Both the position numbers and the translations under genes were made by a program. A stretch of DNA of 56,043 nucleotides, the filler included, from Spirochaetales bacterium (GTDB taxonomy: Bacteria > Spirochaetota > Spirochaetia > Treponematales > UBA12059): the NCBI GenBank assembly GCA_016928955.1. It is 3 parts of 3 records of this genome, joined end to end, with 100 filler letters (N's around TTAATTAATTAA, not from the genome) between each part and the next. Parts side by side here need not be neighbours in the genome. Positions count along the whole stretch, not along the records: positions 36,836 to 56,043 come from JAFGJV010000044.1; 2 more parts are not named here. One strand, written 5' to 3'. Below, piece by piece: positions 36,942 through 46,505 of the stretch. Under the pieces are notes generated by a model. It saw nothing but the letters and a program-made list of their open reading frames with translations. It ran no database searches and was not told the DNA's origin. Positions within the stretch are counted from its first letter, which is position 1; each line of letters opens with the position of its first letter.

Positions 36942-37013
36942 AGGCGCCGATCGGAATCGAACCGATGCGTAAAGGTTTTGCAGACCTCTCCCTTACCACT
37001 TGGGTACGGCGCC
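36942..37013 (-). tRNA. tRNA-Cys(GCA)
   Basis: Reverse complement GGCGCCGTACCCAAGTGGTAAGGGAGAGGTCTGCAAAACCTTTACGCATCGGTTCGATTCCGATCGGCGCCT; discriminator U. Confidence 0.97.
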
Positions 37014-37143
37014 ATGTGCGTTAGCACATATCAAAACCATTTCATTGCGACGCTAGCGGCTTGAGCCGCGTTCGGCGCCATGCGCGTTAGCGCATTAATA
37101 AATAACTTCCTTGCGACGCTAGCGGCTTGAGCCGCGTTCGGCG
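37007..37143 (-). repeat. 66-bp-period tandem duplication in the tRNA-Cys leader
   Basis: Identical 33-mers at 37045-37077 and 37111-37143; hairpin plus GGCGCCG unit at 37007-37029 and 37073-37095. Confidence 0.85.
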
Positions 37144-37210
37144 ACAGGGTGGCAAATACAGGGAAGAATATATAGAAAGGCGCCTGCTTTGTAAAGTGGT
37201 CCTGCGTATA

Positions 37211-37239
37211 GAAAACGGCGCCCGTTGCCGGGCGCCGTT
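37211..37239 (-). terminator. Terminator after secF
   Basis: AACGGCGCCC/GGGCGCCGTT stem followed by T run on the minus strand. Confidence 0.7.
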
Positions 37240-37263
37240 GATAGCTGAACAGGCTCGAAGGAA

Positions 37264-38493
37264 TCAGTGGGCCTGCACCTCTGTGCCGGCATTCAGCTTG
37301 GCGTGACGCGACACTCGCATCTTGTCCCACCAGGCCACAAAACCCGACGCTATGAATATGGTCGAGTAGGTTCCCGAGATAATGCCCACAATGAGCGCCA
37401 AGGCAAAATCCTTGATGCTGCCCGTGGTGAACAGGAACAGGGCCAGCACGGCCAGGAGGGTGGTCACGGTGGTGATGACCGTTCGGCCGAGCGTCTCGCT
37501 GATGGACCGGTCGATAATCGTGGTCATGCTGTCCGTGGGCGAGAGCTTGTGGTCCTCGCGTATGCGGTCAAAGATGACGATGGTGTCGTTGATCGAGTAA
37601 CCAAGTATGGTGAGGATGGCGGCTATCGACGTGGTGCCGAATTCCATGCCGGTCCAGATCATGAAGCCGGCCATGATGAGGCCGTCGTGGACGACAGCGA
37701 GCACGGCTCCGGTGGCGAACTGGAATTTAAAGCGTATGCCCGCGTAGAGCAGGATGCCGCCGAGCGTGAGCAGCGTAAGCCACACTACGTTCTGGGCCAG
37801 GCTCTGTGAGAAGCGGGGACCAACGTAGTCGGTCTTGACCGCAACGGTCCTGCCGGCGCCAAACACGCCATCCAGGGCCAGGGTGATCTGCTCGGGCACC
37901 TTGGCGCTGAAATTCTTGTCGGTGCCGTCGTCGCGCACCCGCACGATGAACTCGCCGGAACCTTCCGCGCCCACGGCCTGCACGGTCACGTTGCCGAGCC
38001 CCGTCAGGGCCTGACGGATTTCCTCAACCGAGCCCAAGCGCTCGTCCGCCCCGCGCGGCATGCGGTGGATCATGGTGGGCTGGGCGGACAGGATATAGTC
38101 GCCCTGGAAGGTGGGCAGCAAAAGCTCGGCCGAGTAACCGGCGCCGTCGCTGAGGCTGACGTCCACGCCCTCTGCCTTCATGGCGGCTGCCAGGTCGGCC
38201 AGGGTGCCCACGGTGGCCAGGTCCCAGCTGGCGGTGCGGTCGCTGCTTTCCGTGCCGGTAAAGACCACGGCAGCGGTGTCGTCGTTGATCTCGAGCCGGG
38301 GAGTGCCCGGGCCCGAGTAGGTGACGGTGCCCGTGGGATAGGCCAGGCGGACGTACTGGTTGATGCCGGCCTGGAAATCCACGCCCAGGTTAAAGCCCTT
38401 GACGAACAGGCCAAGGACGGAGAAGGCCAGAAGCGCCACGGACACCAGCGTGGCCGGTAGGAAGGCCTTGTGGAATTTGATCAGGCGCTTCAT
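37264..38493 (-). CDS. secF: Protein translocase subunit SecF
   Basis: GFNLGVDFQAG, VGPRFS, HDGLI, IAAILTILGYSINDTIVIFDRIRE, GTYSTIFIA. Confidence 0.97.
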   Translation of the reverse strand: MKRLIKFHKAFLPATLVSVALLAFSVLGLFVKGFNLGVDFQAGINQYVRLAYPTGTVTYSGPGTPRLEINDDTAAVVFTGTESSDRTASWDLATVGTLADLAAAMKAEGVDVSLSDGAGYSAELLLPTFQGDYILSAQPTMIHRMPRGADERLGSVEEIRQALTGLGNVTVQAVGAEGSGEFIVRVRDDGTDKNFSAKVPEQITLALDGVFGAGRTVAVKTDYVGPRFSQSLAQNVVWLTLLTLGGILLYAGIRFKFQFATGAVLAVVHDGLIMAGFMIWTGMEFGTTSIAAILTILGYSINDTIVIFDRIREDHKLSPTDSMTTIIDRSISETLGRTVITTVTTLLAVLALFLFTTGSIKDFALALIVGIISGTYSTIFIASGFVAWWDKMRVSRHAKLNAGTEVQAH

Positions 38494-40217
38494 TTGATCC
38501 TCCAGCTGATGGACATGGTTTCCTTTTTGCCCAGGTCGGTGCCGTAATCGAAAATCAGCCTGGACACAAAGAGGGAGGTGAACAGGGAGGACATGTTGCC
38601 GATGGCCAAGCTCACGGCAAAGCCCTGGATGGGGCCGGTGCCGAGCTGGGCCAGGAACAGGGCGGCTATGATGGTGGTGATGTTTCCGTCCATGACGGCC
38701 CAGAAGGCCTTGGCAAAGCCTGCCTCAACGGCCGCGCGGCGGCCCTTGCCCAGGGCCAGTTCCTCTTTGACGCGCTCAAAGATGATGACGTTGGCGTCAA
38801 CCGCCATGCCCAGGGTGAGCACAAAGCCCGCGATGGTCGGCAGGGTCAGGGTCAGGTTGAAGGCCGACAGGATGGACAGCATCAGGTACAGGTTGAGCAC
38901 CTGGGCGACCATGGCGTTGATGCCGGCGCCCTTGTAGTAGATCAGCATGAAAATGAACACGGCGGCCAGCGCTATGATCATGGCGTTGGCGCCCTGGCGT
39001 ATGGTGTCGTCGCCAAGCGAGGCGCCGATGGACTGCTGGGATTCGACCACAAGCTCCACGGGCAGGGCTGCCGAGCGGAGTATGACCTTGAGGTTCTCCG
39101 CCTCGTCGTAGGAGAAGCCGCTGATGCTGCCATTGGTCTGGATGGCGTCCCTGATGGTGGCCACCGAGCGGACCTTGTCGTCAAGGACCACGGCCATGGG
39201 TTTTCCGATATTGGCGCTGGTCAGCTGGTAGAAGAGCTCGCCGCCCTCGGCCGTCAGGGTAAAGATGACCTGGGGCTGGCCGGTGATCTGGTCCGACGAA
39301 CTGTCGGCGCTCTCTATGTAGTTGCCGTCCAGGCCGGGTGCTTCCGTGATGACCACGTAGTCGCCCGTCCACTCATCCAGTCCGTATGCGTCTTTTTTGT
39401 ACAGGCGGCGGACCACCAGGCCCTCGGGCAGGACGGAGGGATCGGCCAGCGTAAGGTCCGCGTTGATGCCGGCGGGATTGGAGGCCAGGTACTGGAGCAG
39501 GAGGTTGGTGGCGTCAATGTCCACAATATGGAAGGCCAGGCGGCCGCGGCCCATGATGATGCTGTTGATGCGATCCGGGTCGGCAGCGCCGGGGATTTCT
39601 ATGTAAATGTGGTCCTCGCCCTGGCGCCTGATGACCGGCTCGGTCAGGCCGAACTTGTCGATGCGGCCGTTCAGGACGTCCATGGCGCGCTCCATGGCTT
39701 CCTCGCGCTCGGACAGGGACAGGGAGTGCCCGAGCTTTTCAGCCAGGGCATCAAGGTCGGCCCTGATGACCACGGACATGCCGCCCGACAGGTCAAGGCC
39801 CAACTGCACCGCGTTGCCGTGCAGGTTCTTGGTCTTCATGATTTCCTGGCGCTGGATGTCCTCAAGCTCCTTGAGCACGTCCGCGTCGCCGTCATAGGCG
39901 GCCAAAACCGCGTCTGCGGTCCAGGCGTCGGGCCTCTTCATGCCCAGGTCCTTGTACGCTACCTTGGCGCGGTCCACCAGTGCGGCGAACGTGCCGGGCA
40001 AGACATCGTCGGGCTTGGCGCTGACATACTCGTTCAGGGCGGCCAGCTCGACGCGGGCCAGGCGAGTGGCCTGGTCACGTATGGTCTCGCGCGAGCCGAG
40101 GGCCAGGGTCTGGTCCTCTTTCGGCGTCAGGTAGTACCACTCGATGGAGGGGAACAGGAAGCCGAAGGCTACGGCCAGGACCAGGAGCACGATGAGTAAT
40201 CGTTTGGTTTTGTTCAT
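38490..40217 (-). CDS. secD: Protein translocase subunit SecD
   Basis: LGLDLSGG, RIDKFGLTEP, LRSAALP, IGASLG, GMAVDANVIIFERVKEE. Confidence 0.97.
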   Translation of the reverse strand: MNKTKRLLIVLLVLAVAFGFLFPSIEWYYLTPKEDQTLALGSRETIRDQATRLARVELAALNEYVSAKPDDVLPGTFAALVDRAKVAYKDLGMKRPDAWTADAVLAAYDGDADVLKELEDIQRQEIMKTKNLHGNAVQLGLDLSGGMSVVIRADLDALAEKLGHSLSLSEREEAMERAMDVLNGRIDKFGLTEPVIRRQGEDHIYIEIPGAADPDRINSIIMGRGRLAFHIVDIDATNLLLQYLASNPAGINADLTLADPSVLPEGLVVRRLYKKDAYGLDEWTGDYVVITEAPGLDGNYIESADSSSDQITGQPQVIFTLTAEGGELFYQLTSANIGKPMAVVLDDKVRSVATIRDAIQTNGSISGFSYDEAENLKVILRSAALPVELVVESQQSIGASLGDDTIRQGANAMIIALAAVFIFMLIYYKGAGINAMVAQVLNLYLMLSILSAFNLTLTLPTIAGFVLTLGMAVDANVIIFERVKEELALGKGRRAAVEAGFAKAFWAVMDGNITTIIAALFLAQLGTGPIQGFAVSLAIGNMSSLFTSLFVSRLIFDYGTDLGKKETMSISWRIK

Positions 40218-40250
40218 GCTCAGACTCCGGTGCTGTCGGGATGGATAGGT

Positions 40251-40280
40251 AAACAGGCGGCTCCGCGAACGGGAGCCGCC
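40251..40280 (-). terminator. Hairpin between yajC and secD (partial terminator or mRNA-stability element)
   Basis: GGCGGCTCC/GGAGCCGCC stem followed by TGTTT on the minus strand. Confidence 0.55.
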
Positions 40281-40287
40281 CTGGCGT

Positions 40288-40659
40288 TTACTTGGATGCG
40301 TCTTTGGCTTCGGCCGGAGCTTCGGCAGCGTCGCCCTGGGCCTCTACGTGGGCGATGGCGGACTTGGAGAACTCCATGCGGGCCTGGTCATCCACCTTGA
40401 GCACCACGGTGCGCTCTTTGACCGAGTGCACGATGCCGTGGATGCCGCCGATGGTGACGATCTTGTCGCCCTTCTTGACGGCCTCGATCTTCTTCTGCAT
40501 TTCCTTCTGCTTCTTGTTCTGCGGGCGGATGATCATGAAGTAGAAGATGGCAAAAACCGCGCCGAACATGAGGATCATGTTCAGCATGGAGCTTGTGGGG
40601 CTGGCCGCGGGCGCCGCAGCGTCCTGGATCAGGGAAAGTCCGGAAAAAAGCTTGTCCAT
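40288..40659 (-). CDS. yajC: Preprotein translocase subunit YajC
   Basis: FYFMIIRPQNKKQKE, KKGDKIVTIGGIHG. Confidence 0.96.
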   Translation of the reverse strand: MDKLFSGLSLIQDAAAPAASPTSSMLNMILMFGAVFAIFYFMIIRPQNKKQKEMQKKIEAVKKGDKIVTIGGIHGIVHSVKERTVVLKVDDQARMEFSKSAIAHVEAQGDAAEAPAEAKDASK

Positions 40660-40857
40660 TGCGGGTATCCTTATAGGGAAGATTGCGCGTCAAGGTACCA
40701 CAGAAGCCCCCAACCGTCAAGTTTGCGGCCGGGACTCGGTACGCGGCCGCGGCCGCGCCGGGTCAGGCGCGCGGAGGCCTCCCGCCGGACGCCGTGGCGC
40801 ATGACGCGTCTGGACGCCGGCGGAGGCCCCGCTTTGGACATACAGCCGTTGGGGTCG

Positions 40858-41802
40858 CTAGCTCACGATCCGGGTTCCGGCCTTGCCGTCCACGGCTTCC
40901 TGGGCTTTCTCCAGGCTGGTGATGACGACCAGCTTGCCGCCCATCTTGATGAAGTCGCAGGCAGCCTCGATTTTGGGGCCCATGGAGCCCTTGGGGAACT
41001 GGCCGTCGGCCTGGTGTTTCTCGGCCTCCGCCACGGTCATGCTGTCCAGGATCTGCATGTCGGGTTTCTTGAAGTTGATGGCCACCTTGTCCACGCCGGT
41101 CAGGATCAGAAGCTCGTCGGCCTTGATCTGGCTGGCAAGAAGGGCGCTGGCGCGGTCCTTGTCTATAACAGCGTCCACACCTTCCAGGGTGCCGTCCGCG
41201 TCGCGGCATACGGGCACGCCGCCGCCGCCCACGGCTATGACCACCTTGCCGTTCCGCAGGAGCTCGTGGATGGTTTCCTTCTCAATCACGTCCACGGGAA
41301 TGGGGCTGGGCACCACGCGGCGGTAACCACGGCCCGGGTCTTCCTTCATCACCCAGCCCTTGGCCTTGCAGGCGGGCAGGTCCTCTTCCTTGAAATACAA
41401 GCCAACGTATTTGGTGGGGTTCTGCATGGACGGGTCGTTCTTGTCCACCACCACCTGGGTGACCACGGTGACCACGTCCTTCTGGACGCCGGCCTTGATC
41501 AGGGCGTTCATGAGCGACTGCTGGATCATGTAGCCGATGGAGCCCTGGGTATCAGCGACGATGACGTTGAGCGGCGAGGGAGCGGCGCCGTGGGACGCGC
41601 CCACCTCGTTGCGCACCAAGTGCACGCCAGCCTGGGGTCCGTTGCCGTGGGACAGCACCACGTGGTGGCCTTCCTTGATCAGGCCAACGATGGCCGCCAT
41701 GGACTTGCGCGTGTTCTCGAACTGTTCCTCTATGGTGCCCTTGGTGCCTTCTTCGATGAGGGCGTTGCCCCCCAGGGCCACAACGATGGTCTTCCTGCTC
41801 AT
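40858..41802 (-). CDS. arcC: Carbamate kinase
   Basis: IVVALGGNAL, SHGNGPQ, NPTKYVG, GYRRVVPSP, GGGGVPV, AVIDKD, GSMGPKIEA. Start MSRKT follows an AAGGA SD. Confidence 0.95.
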   Translation of the reverse strand: MSRKTIVVALGGNALIEEGTKGTIEEQFENTRKSMAAIVGLIKEGHHVVLSHGNGPQAGVHLVRNEVGASHGAAPSPLNVIVADTQGSIGYMIQQSLMNALIKAGVQKDVVTVVTQVVVDKNDPSMQNPTKYVGLYFKEEDLPACKAKGWVMKEDPGRGYRRVVPSPIPVDVIEKETIHELLRNGKVVIAVGGGGVPVCRDADGTLEGVDAVIDKDRASALLASQIKADELLILTGVDKVAINFKKPDMQILDSMTVAEAEKHQADGQFPKGSMGPKIEAACDFIKMGGKLVVITSLEKAQEAVDGKAGTRIVS

Positions 41803-41965
41803 GAGCGTCCTTCCTTTTTCCGGGGCTTTCCCGCGCCGCCTTAACGGGCCACGCCCAGGGGCCGCGCGATGGAAAGGAACTGCGAGTATACCCCGGGATT
41901 CGGCGGGTGGGCAATCGGGCTGAAGGCATGGCCGCCAGGCGGCGCCAGCCTGTATATTAGGAAGC

Positions 41966-42817
41966 ATGACCGTCATCAGAGCCAGGATACTGGGTTTCTG
42001 CCCGGGCGTACGCAGGGCCGTCCGCATCGCCGAGGACGCGGCGGGGCGGGCGCCCGTGCGGGTGCTGGGCCAGATCGTGCACAACAGACACGTGTCTGAC
42101 AGGCTGGCGTCGCTTGGAGCCATTGAAGCTGGCCGGGACGAGATCCTGGCGGCTCCCCGCGGCACGGGCGTGGTCATACGCTCGCACGGGGCCGCTCCCG
42201 ACGTGTATGACGCCATGCGGGGCGCGGGGCTGAGCGTGATAGACGCCACCTGTCCCAAGGTGGCCACCAACCAGAAGAAGGCCGCGGACGCGTCCAGGGC
42301 CGGTCGCAGGGTGGTTGTGGCCGGCGACAAGGGACACGGGGAAACGCAGGCCGTGGCCGCCTGGGCTCCCGGCTCGGTGATCGTTTCCTGCGCAGCCGAG
42401 GCCCGGGAACTCATTCTGGATGGGCCGGTCACCCTGGTGGCCCAGACCACCTTCTCCGAAGGGGAATACGCGGCCATCAGGGACGCCCTGGCGGCTTCCG
42501 GCAGGGATCTTGAGGATCTGGGCGGCATCTGCTCGGCGACCAGGGACCGCCAGGCGGCCCTCCGGGAGCTGTGCGACCACGTGGACGCCGTGGTGGTGGT
42601 CGGCGGCAGGAATTCGGCCAACACGCGGCGCCTGGCCGAGCTGGCCCGTGCCCTGGGAAAACCCGCGTGGCACATTGAGTCGGCCGACGAACTGCCCTTG
42701 GAACTGGCCGCGTACGGGCGGGTCGGCCTGAGCGCTGGCGCGTCCACGCCGGACGAGGATATCGTGGCAGTGGAAGACCGCCTGGCGGCCATGCACGGCA
42801 ACAGGGGAGGAGCGTAG
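41966..42817 (+). CDS. ispH: 4-hydroxy-3-methylbut-2-enyl diphosphate reductase
   Basis: GFCPGVRRA, IVHN, IRSHG, DATCP, AQTT, ICSATRDRQ, SANT, AGASTP. The usual HPEV reads HGET. Confidence 0.93.
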   Translation: MTVIRARILGFCPGVRRAVRIAEDAAGRAPVRVLGQIVHNRHVSDRLASLGAIEAGRDEILAAPRGTGVVIRSHGAAPDVYDAMRGAGLSVIDATCPKVATNQKKAADASRAGRRVVVAGDKGHGETQAVAAWAPGSVIVSCAAEARELILDGPVTLVAQTTFSEGEYAAIRDALAASGRDLEDLGGICSATRDRQAALRELCDHVDAVVVVGGRNSANTRRLAELARALGKPAWHIESADELPLELAAYGRVGLSAGASTPDEDIVAVEDRLAAMHGNRGGA

Positions 42818-42821
42818 AACC

Positions 42822-43394
42822 ATGGATATACTCAAGGAATTGCGGGAACGGCGGGCATACCGGGCGCTGTCCCCGGACGAGCTGCCAGACGGCGCGGCGC
42901 GCCGCATCGTGGAGGCCGGCACCCTGGCACCCTCGTGCTACAACAACCAGCCCTGGCGCATCGTGGCTGCCGAGGGACAGAGCCTGGAAGCCCTCAAGGC
43001 GGCCCTGCCCGAGGGCAACGCCTGGGCCACGCGCGCGCCCCTGATCATAGGAGTGGCCGTGCGCGAGGCTGACGACTGCCGCCTGGACGACGGCCGGGAC
43101 TACGCCCTTTTTGACGCAGGCCTCTGCGCCATGGCCATGCTGATACAGGCCACGGCGGAACATCTGGTGGCCCACCCCATAGCCGGATACAACCCCAAGA
43201 AGGCCAAGGCTGCCCTGGGCCTTCCTTCCGACCATACGCTGATTGCCCTCATCGTGGTGGCCAGGCGCGGCGACCCGGACGGCGAGGACGGCAAGCTCCT
43301 GGCGGAATGGCAGCTGAAATCCGAGCGTGGCGAGCGCCAGCGGAAAGCTCTGGATGAGGTTGCGGCCTTTGGCCGCTGGCCCCAGGGACGCTGA
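42822..43394 (+). CDS. Nitroreductase family protein
   Basis: RRAYR, LAPSCYNNQPW, FDAGLCAM..LIQAT. Confidence 0.9.
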   Translation: MDILKELRERRAYRALSPDELPDGAARRIVEAGTLAPSCYNNQPWRIVAAEGQSLEALKAALPEGNAWATRAPLIIGVAVREADDCRLDDGRDYALFDAGLCAMAMLIQATAEHLVAHPIAGYNPKKAKAALGLPSDHTLIALIVVARRGDPDGEDGKLLAEWQLKSERGERQRKALDEVAAFGRWPQGR

Positions 43395-43580
43395 GCCCGC
43401 CTGCCGCTCCTAGGCCAGCCCCGGGGAGGCCCGAGACCCCGCAGCTTTCCGGGAGAAAGCGAGGAGGCTCGGGCCGGGGGGCGCGTCTGGCCCAGGCAGC
43501 CCGCCGGCTACCCGTGGCGCCCCCCGACATGGCCACCTGACTCTGGACAAGGTCCGGCGCTCGGACGCATACTTGGGTTC

Positions 43581-44201
43581 ATGGCTGAGGCTAAGATCAT
43601 AGGCATATCCGGCGGCTCGGGCTCGGGCAAGACGACCATCGTGCGCAAGATATCCGAGCTGGTGTCGGACTTTGTGTTCATCCCGCAGGACAATTACTAC
43701 AAGTCGGCGGAGTACATATCCAACTCGAACATCACGGCGTTCAACTTTGACCATCCGGAAGCCTTTGACAACGACCTGTTGTGGGAGCACCTGTCCGCGC
43801 TCAAGCGCATGGAGCCGGTCAGCATGCCAACCTACGACTTTGTGCACCATCGGCGCGCGGTGGAAACCATCGAGGTGACGCCGCGCAAGCTGATCATCTT
43901 TGAGGGCATCATGATCCTGACCAACAAGCGGGTGCGGGACCTGATAGACCTCAAGGTGTACGTGGACACGCCGGACGACATACGCTTTATCCGCCGCCTG
44001 TCGCGCGATATTAAAGAACGCGGCCGAACGGTGGACTCGGTGATAGAGCAGTACATGAACGTGGTGCGCCCCGGCCACTTCCAGTTCATAGAGCCGACCA
44101 GGCACTACGCCGACATCATCATTCCGGAAAACGGAGCGAACGACAGCGCCCTCCAGGTGCTGGTTACCTTCATCAACACCATACTCAACGGCAACGGCTG
44201 A
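43581..44201 (+). CDS. udk: Uridine kinase
   Basis: [53 protein letters not shown]. Confidence 0.96.
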   Translation: MAEAKIIGISGGSGSGKTTIVRKISELVSDFVFIPQDNYYKSAEYISNSNITAFNFDHPEAFDNDLLWEHLSALKRMEPVSMPTYDFVHHRRAVETIEVTPRKLIIFEGIMILTNKRVRDLIDLKVYVDTPDDIRFIRRLSRDIKERGRTVDSVIEQYMNVVRPGHFQFIEPTRHYADIIIPENGANDSALQVLVTFINTILNGNG

Positions 44202-44268
44202 ACCTTTCCGGATGTGGCCGTTGGGTCGGCCCCTTGTTTCCCTCCGCGCGGGGCGGCTACTATGGGCC

Positions 44269-45528
44269 ATGCGCCAGGTAACCCGTCTCTTTGCGTCAGT
44301 CTTTAAAGAATACGTGGAAGCCTTCCGCCTGTTCTCGTCCAACGCCCGGCTGTACCTTTTGGGGAGCCTTCTCCTGGGCATAGGCACCAACATGGTCCAG
44401 CTCCTCCTCAACCTGTACCTCCAGCGCCTGGCCTTTGGCGAGGCGGCCATAGGCTCGGTGCTGTCGCTGCGGGCCCTGGGGTCCTTTGTGGTGGCCCTGC
44501 CGGCAAGCTTCATCGTGGCGCGGGCGGATTCCCGCCTCTTGTTGGCGTCCGCCGCCTTCCTGAGCGCCGTGAGCTACACGGGCCAGGCGCTTGCGTCTAC
44601 CTACGGGCCCATGGCCGCGGCCGTGCTGTTTTCCGGCGCCTTCTCGTCGCTGTACCAGGTGGCCGGCGGACCCTTCTTCATGAAAAATTCGGGCCCGACG
44701 GAACGCATCCACCTGTTTGCCCTGAATTCCGCCCTGGGCATGGGCACGGGCCTGATTGGGTCCCTGGCGGGCGGGGCGCTCAAGGATTTTGTGTTCACCG
44801 TGTCCGGCGACGAGGTGTACGCGTACCGCGCGGCGCTGGTGCTGGGCGCCCTCTTTGTGGGCGCGGCCATGGCTCCCTTCCTGGGCATCCGGGAGCCGGT
44901 ATCCGGCTCGGCGGGCGGGCCGGCGCCGGGACGCAGGGCGCCGCTCGGCCGCATAAACGTGGGCCTGTTCGCCAGGCTCCTCCTGCCCGGGCTCTTTGTG
45001 GGCATGGGCGCCGGCCTGACCATACCCTGGCTCAACCTGTACCTCAAAAACACCTTTGGCCTTGGCGACACGGCCGTGGGCCTGATCGTGGGCGCGGGAC
45101 AGGTGGGCACCTTCCTGGCCATGGTGGCCGGGCCGCCCCTGGCCAGGCGCCTGGGCAAGCCCAAGGCCATATTCGCCATGCAGGCTCTGTCCGTGCCCTT
45201 CATCATGGTGCTGGCCTACCTCCGCTTCCTGCCGTTGGTGATAGCGGCCTTCATCGTCAGGCAGGCTCTGATGAACATGGTCAGCCCCATATCCGACAAT
45301 TTTGCCCTTGAGCAGGTGCCGCCGAGCCAGCAGCATTTGATGAACGCGCTCAAGATGCTGAACTGGACTGGTTCCTGGGCCCTTGCCGCCCTGATAGCGG
45401 GTCCGCTGATAGAGAAGCACGGCTTTGGCCCGTCCTTTACCCTGACGGCGGTGCTGTACAGCCTGAGTAGCCTGTTGTTCTGGCTGTTCTTCCTGAAGCC
45501 GGCGCGAGCGGGCGCGCTGCGGGCATGA
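44269..45528 (+). CDS. MFS transporter
   Basis: About 12 hydrophobic segments, NARLYL, LARRLGK loop. Confidence 0.88.
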   Translation: MRQVTRLFASVFKEYVEAFRLFSSNARLYLLGSLLLGIGTNMVQLLLNLYLQRLAFGEAAIGSVLSLRALGSFVVALPASFIVARADSRLLLASAAFLSAVSYTGQALASTYGPMAAAVLFSGAFSSLYQVAGGPFFMKNSGPTERIHLFALNSALGMGTGLIGSLAGGALKDFVFTVSGDEVYAYRAALVLGALFVGAAMAPFLGIREPVSGSAGGPAPGRRAPLGRINVGLFARLLLPGLFVGMGAGLTIPWLNLYLKNTFGLGDTAVGLIVGAGQVGTFLAMVAGPPLARRLGKPKAIFAMQALSVPFIMVLAYLRFLPLVIAAFIVRQALMNMVSPISDNFALEQVPPSQQHLMNALKMLNWTGSWALAALIAGPLIEKHGFGPSFTLTAVLYSLSSLLFWLFFLKPARAGALRA

Positions 45529-46505
45529 CGGGGGATTTCAGCGGCCTGGATCCGCACGCCGCCCTTGAGGCCGTGGAAGAGGCCTTTGGCGTCCGCCCGG
45601 ACGGCTCGTTCTATCCCTACCCCAGCTACGTCAACCGGGTGTACGGCTTCCGCGCCGACGACGGCCGCGAATACGTGGCCAAGTTCTACCGGCCCGGGCG
45701 CTGGACCCCGGACGCCATCCGCGACGAGCACGACTTTGTCCTGGCTTTGCGCGACGCCGACGTGCCGGTGGTGCCCCCGCTCCCCGACCTGGAAGGTGAC
45801 ACTCTGCCCTTTTTGGCCTTGGGCGACGAGGGGCCGGAACTGCCCTTTGCTCTGTTCGAGAAACGGGGCGGCCGTTCCTTTGACGCGGACGGCCCGGATG
45901 ACCTGCTCCGGCTCGGGAGCCTTGCGGGCAGGATCCACGCGGTGGGTTCTGCCCTGGCCGCCGCGGGGCGCTGCGGTCACCGACCCCGCATGGAGCCCGG
46001 CCTGCTTGCCTCCCACGCGGCCGTGCTTGCGCCTTTGGTTCCTCCCGAGCTCCGGGACGAATTCGGCGCGCTGATGTCAAAAGGCGCCGAGCTCACTGAC
46101 CGTGTCCTGGACGGACGGACAGCCATCATCCTGCACGGGGATTTCCACCGGGGCAACATCCTGGACCGGGTGGATCAGGGGCTTTTGGCCATTGATTTTG
46201 ACGACTCCTGCCTTGGGCCGCCCGTACAGGACCTGTGGATGCTCCTACCGGGCACGGCCGCGCAATCGCCGCGCGAACTGGAAGCGGCCATACGCGGCTA
46301 TGATACCTTTGCGTCCTTTGACCCGGCCTGGCTGGGCATGATAGAGGCCCTCAGGCTCTTGCGCATGACCCACTACCTGGCCTGGCAGGCCCGCCAGCTG
46401 CGCGACGCCGGCTTCCAGACGCATTTCCCCGCCTGGGGCACGCGCGCCTTCTGGGAACGCGAGCTGTCGGATATCCAGAACCAGCTGGACTCAGCCGGCG
46501 CCTAA
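45525..46505 (+). CDS. srkA: SrkA/YihE-like Ser/Thr kinase
   Basis: [55 protein letters not shown]. Confidence 0.88.
   Translation: MTGDFSGLDPHAALEAVEEAFGVRPDGSFYPYPSYVNRVYGFRADDGREYVAKFYRPGRWTPDAIRDEHDFVLALRDADVPVVPPLPDLEGDTLPFLALGDEGPELPFALFEKRGGRSFDADGPDDLLRLGSLAGRIHAVGSALAAAGRCGHRPRMEPGLLASHAAVLAPLVPPELRDEFGALMSKGAELTDRVLDGRTAIILHGDFHRGNILDRVDQGLLAIDFDDSCLGPPVQDLWMLLPGTAAQSPRELEAAIRGYDTFASFDPAWLGMIEALRLLRMTHYLAWQARQLRDAGFQTHFPAWGTRAFWERELSDIQNQLDSAGA

Noticed and set aside
37045..37143. CRISPR array (33-bp repeat, 33-bp interval)
   Set aside because: There are only two repeats, half of the apparent spacer is itself duplicated, it abuts a tRNA, and no cas genes are in the window.
36572..37330. 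Small ORFs 36572-36787, 36839-37027 and 37031-37330
   Set aside because: They overlap tRNA genes, terminators and the tandem repeat, and are spurious.
40858..42801. 647-aa fused carbamate kinase
   Set aside because: The N-terminal half is the antisense shadow of ispH. The real start is ATG 41802 with an SD.
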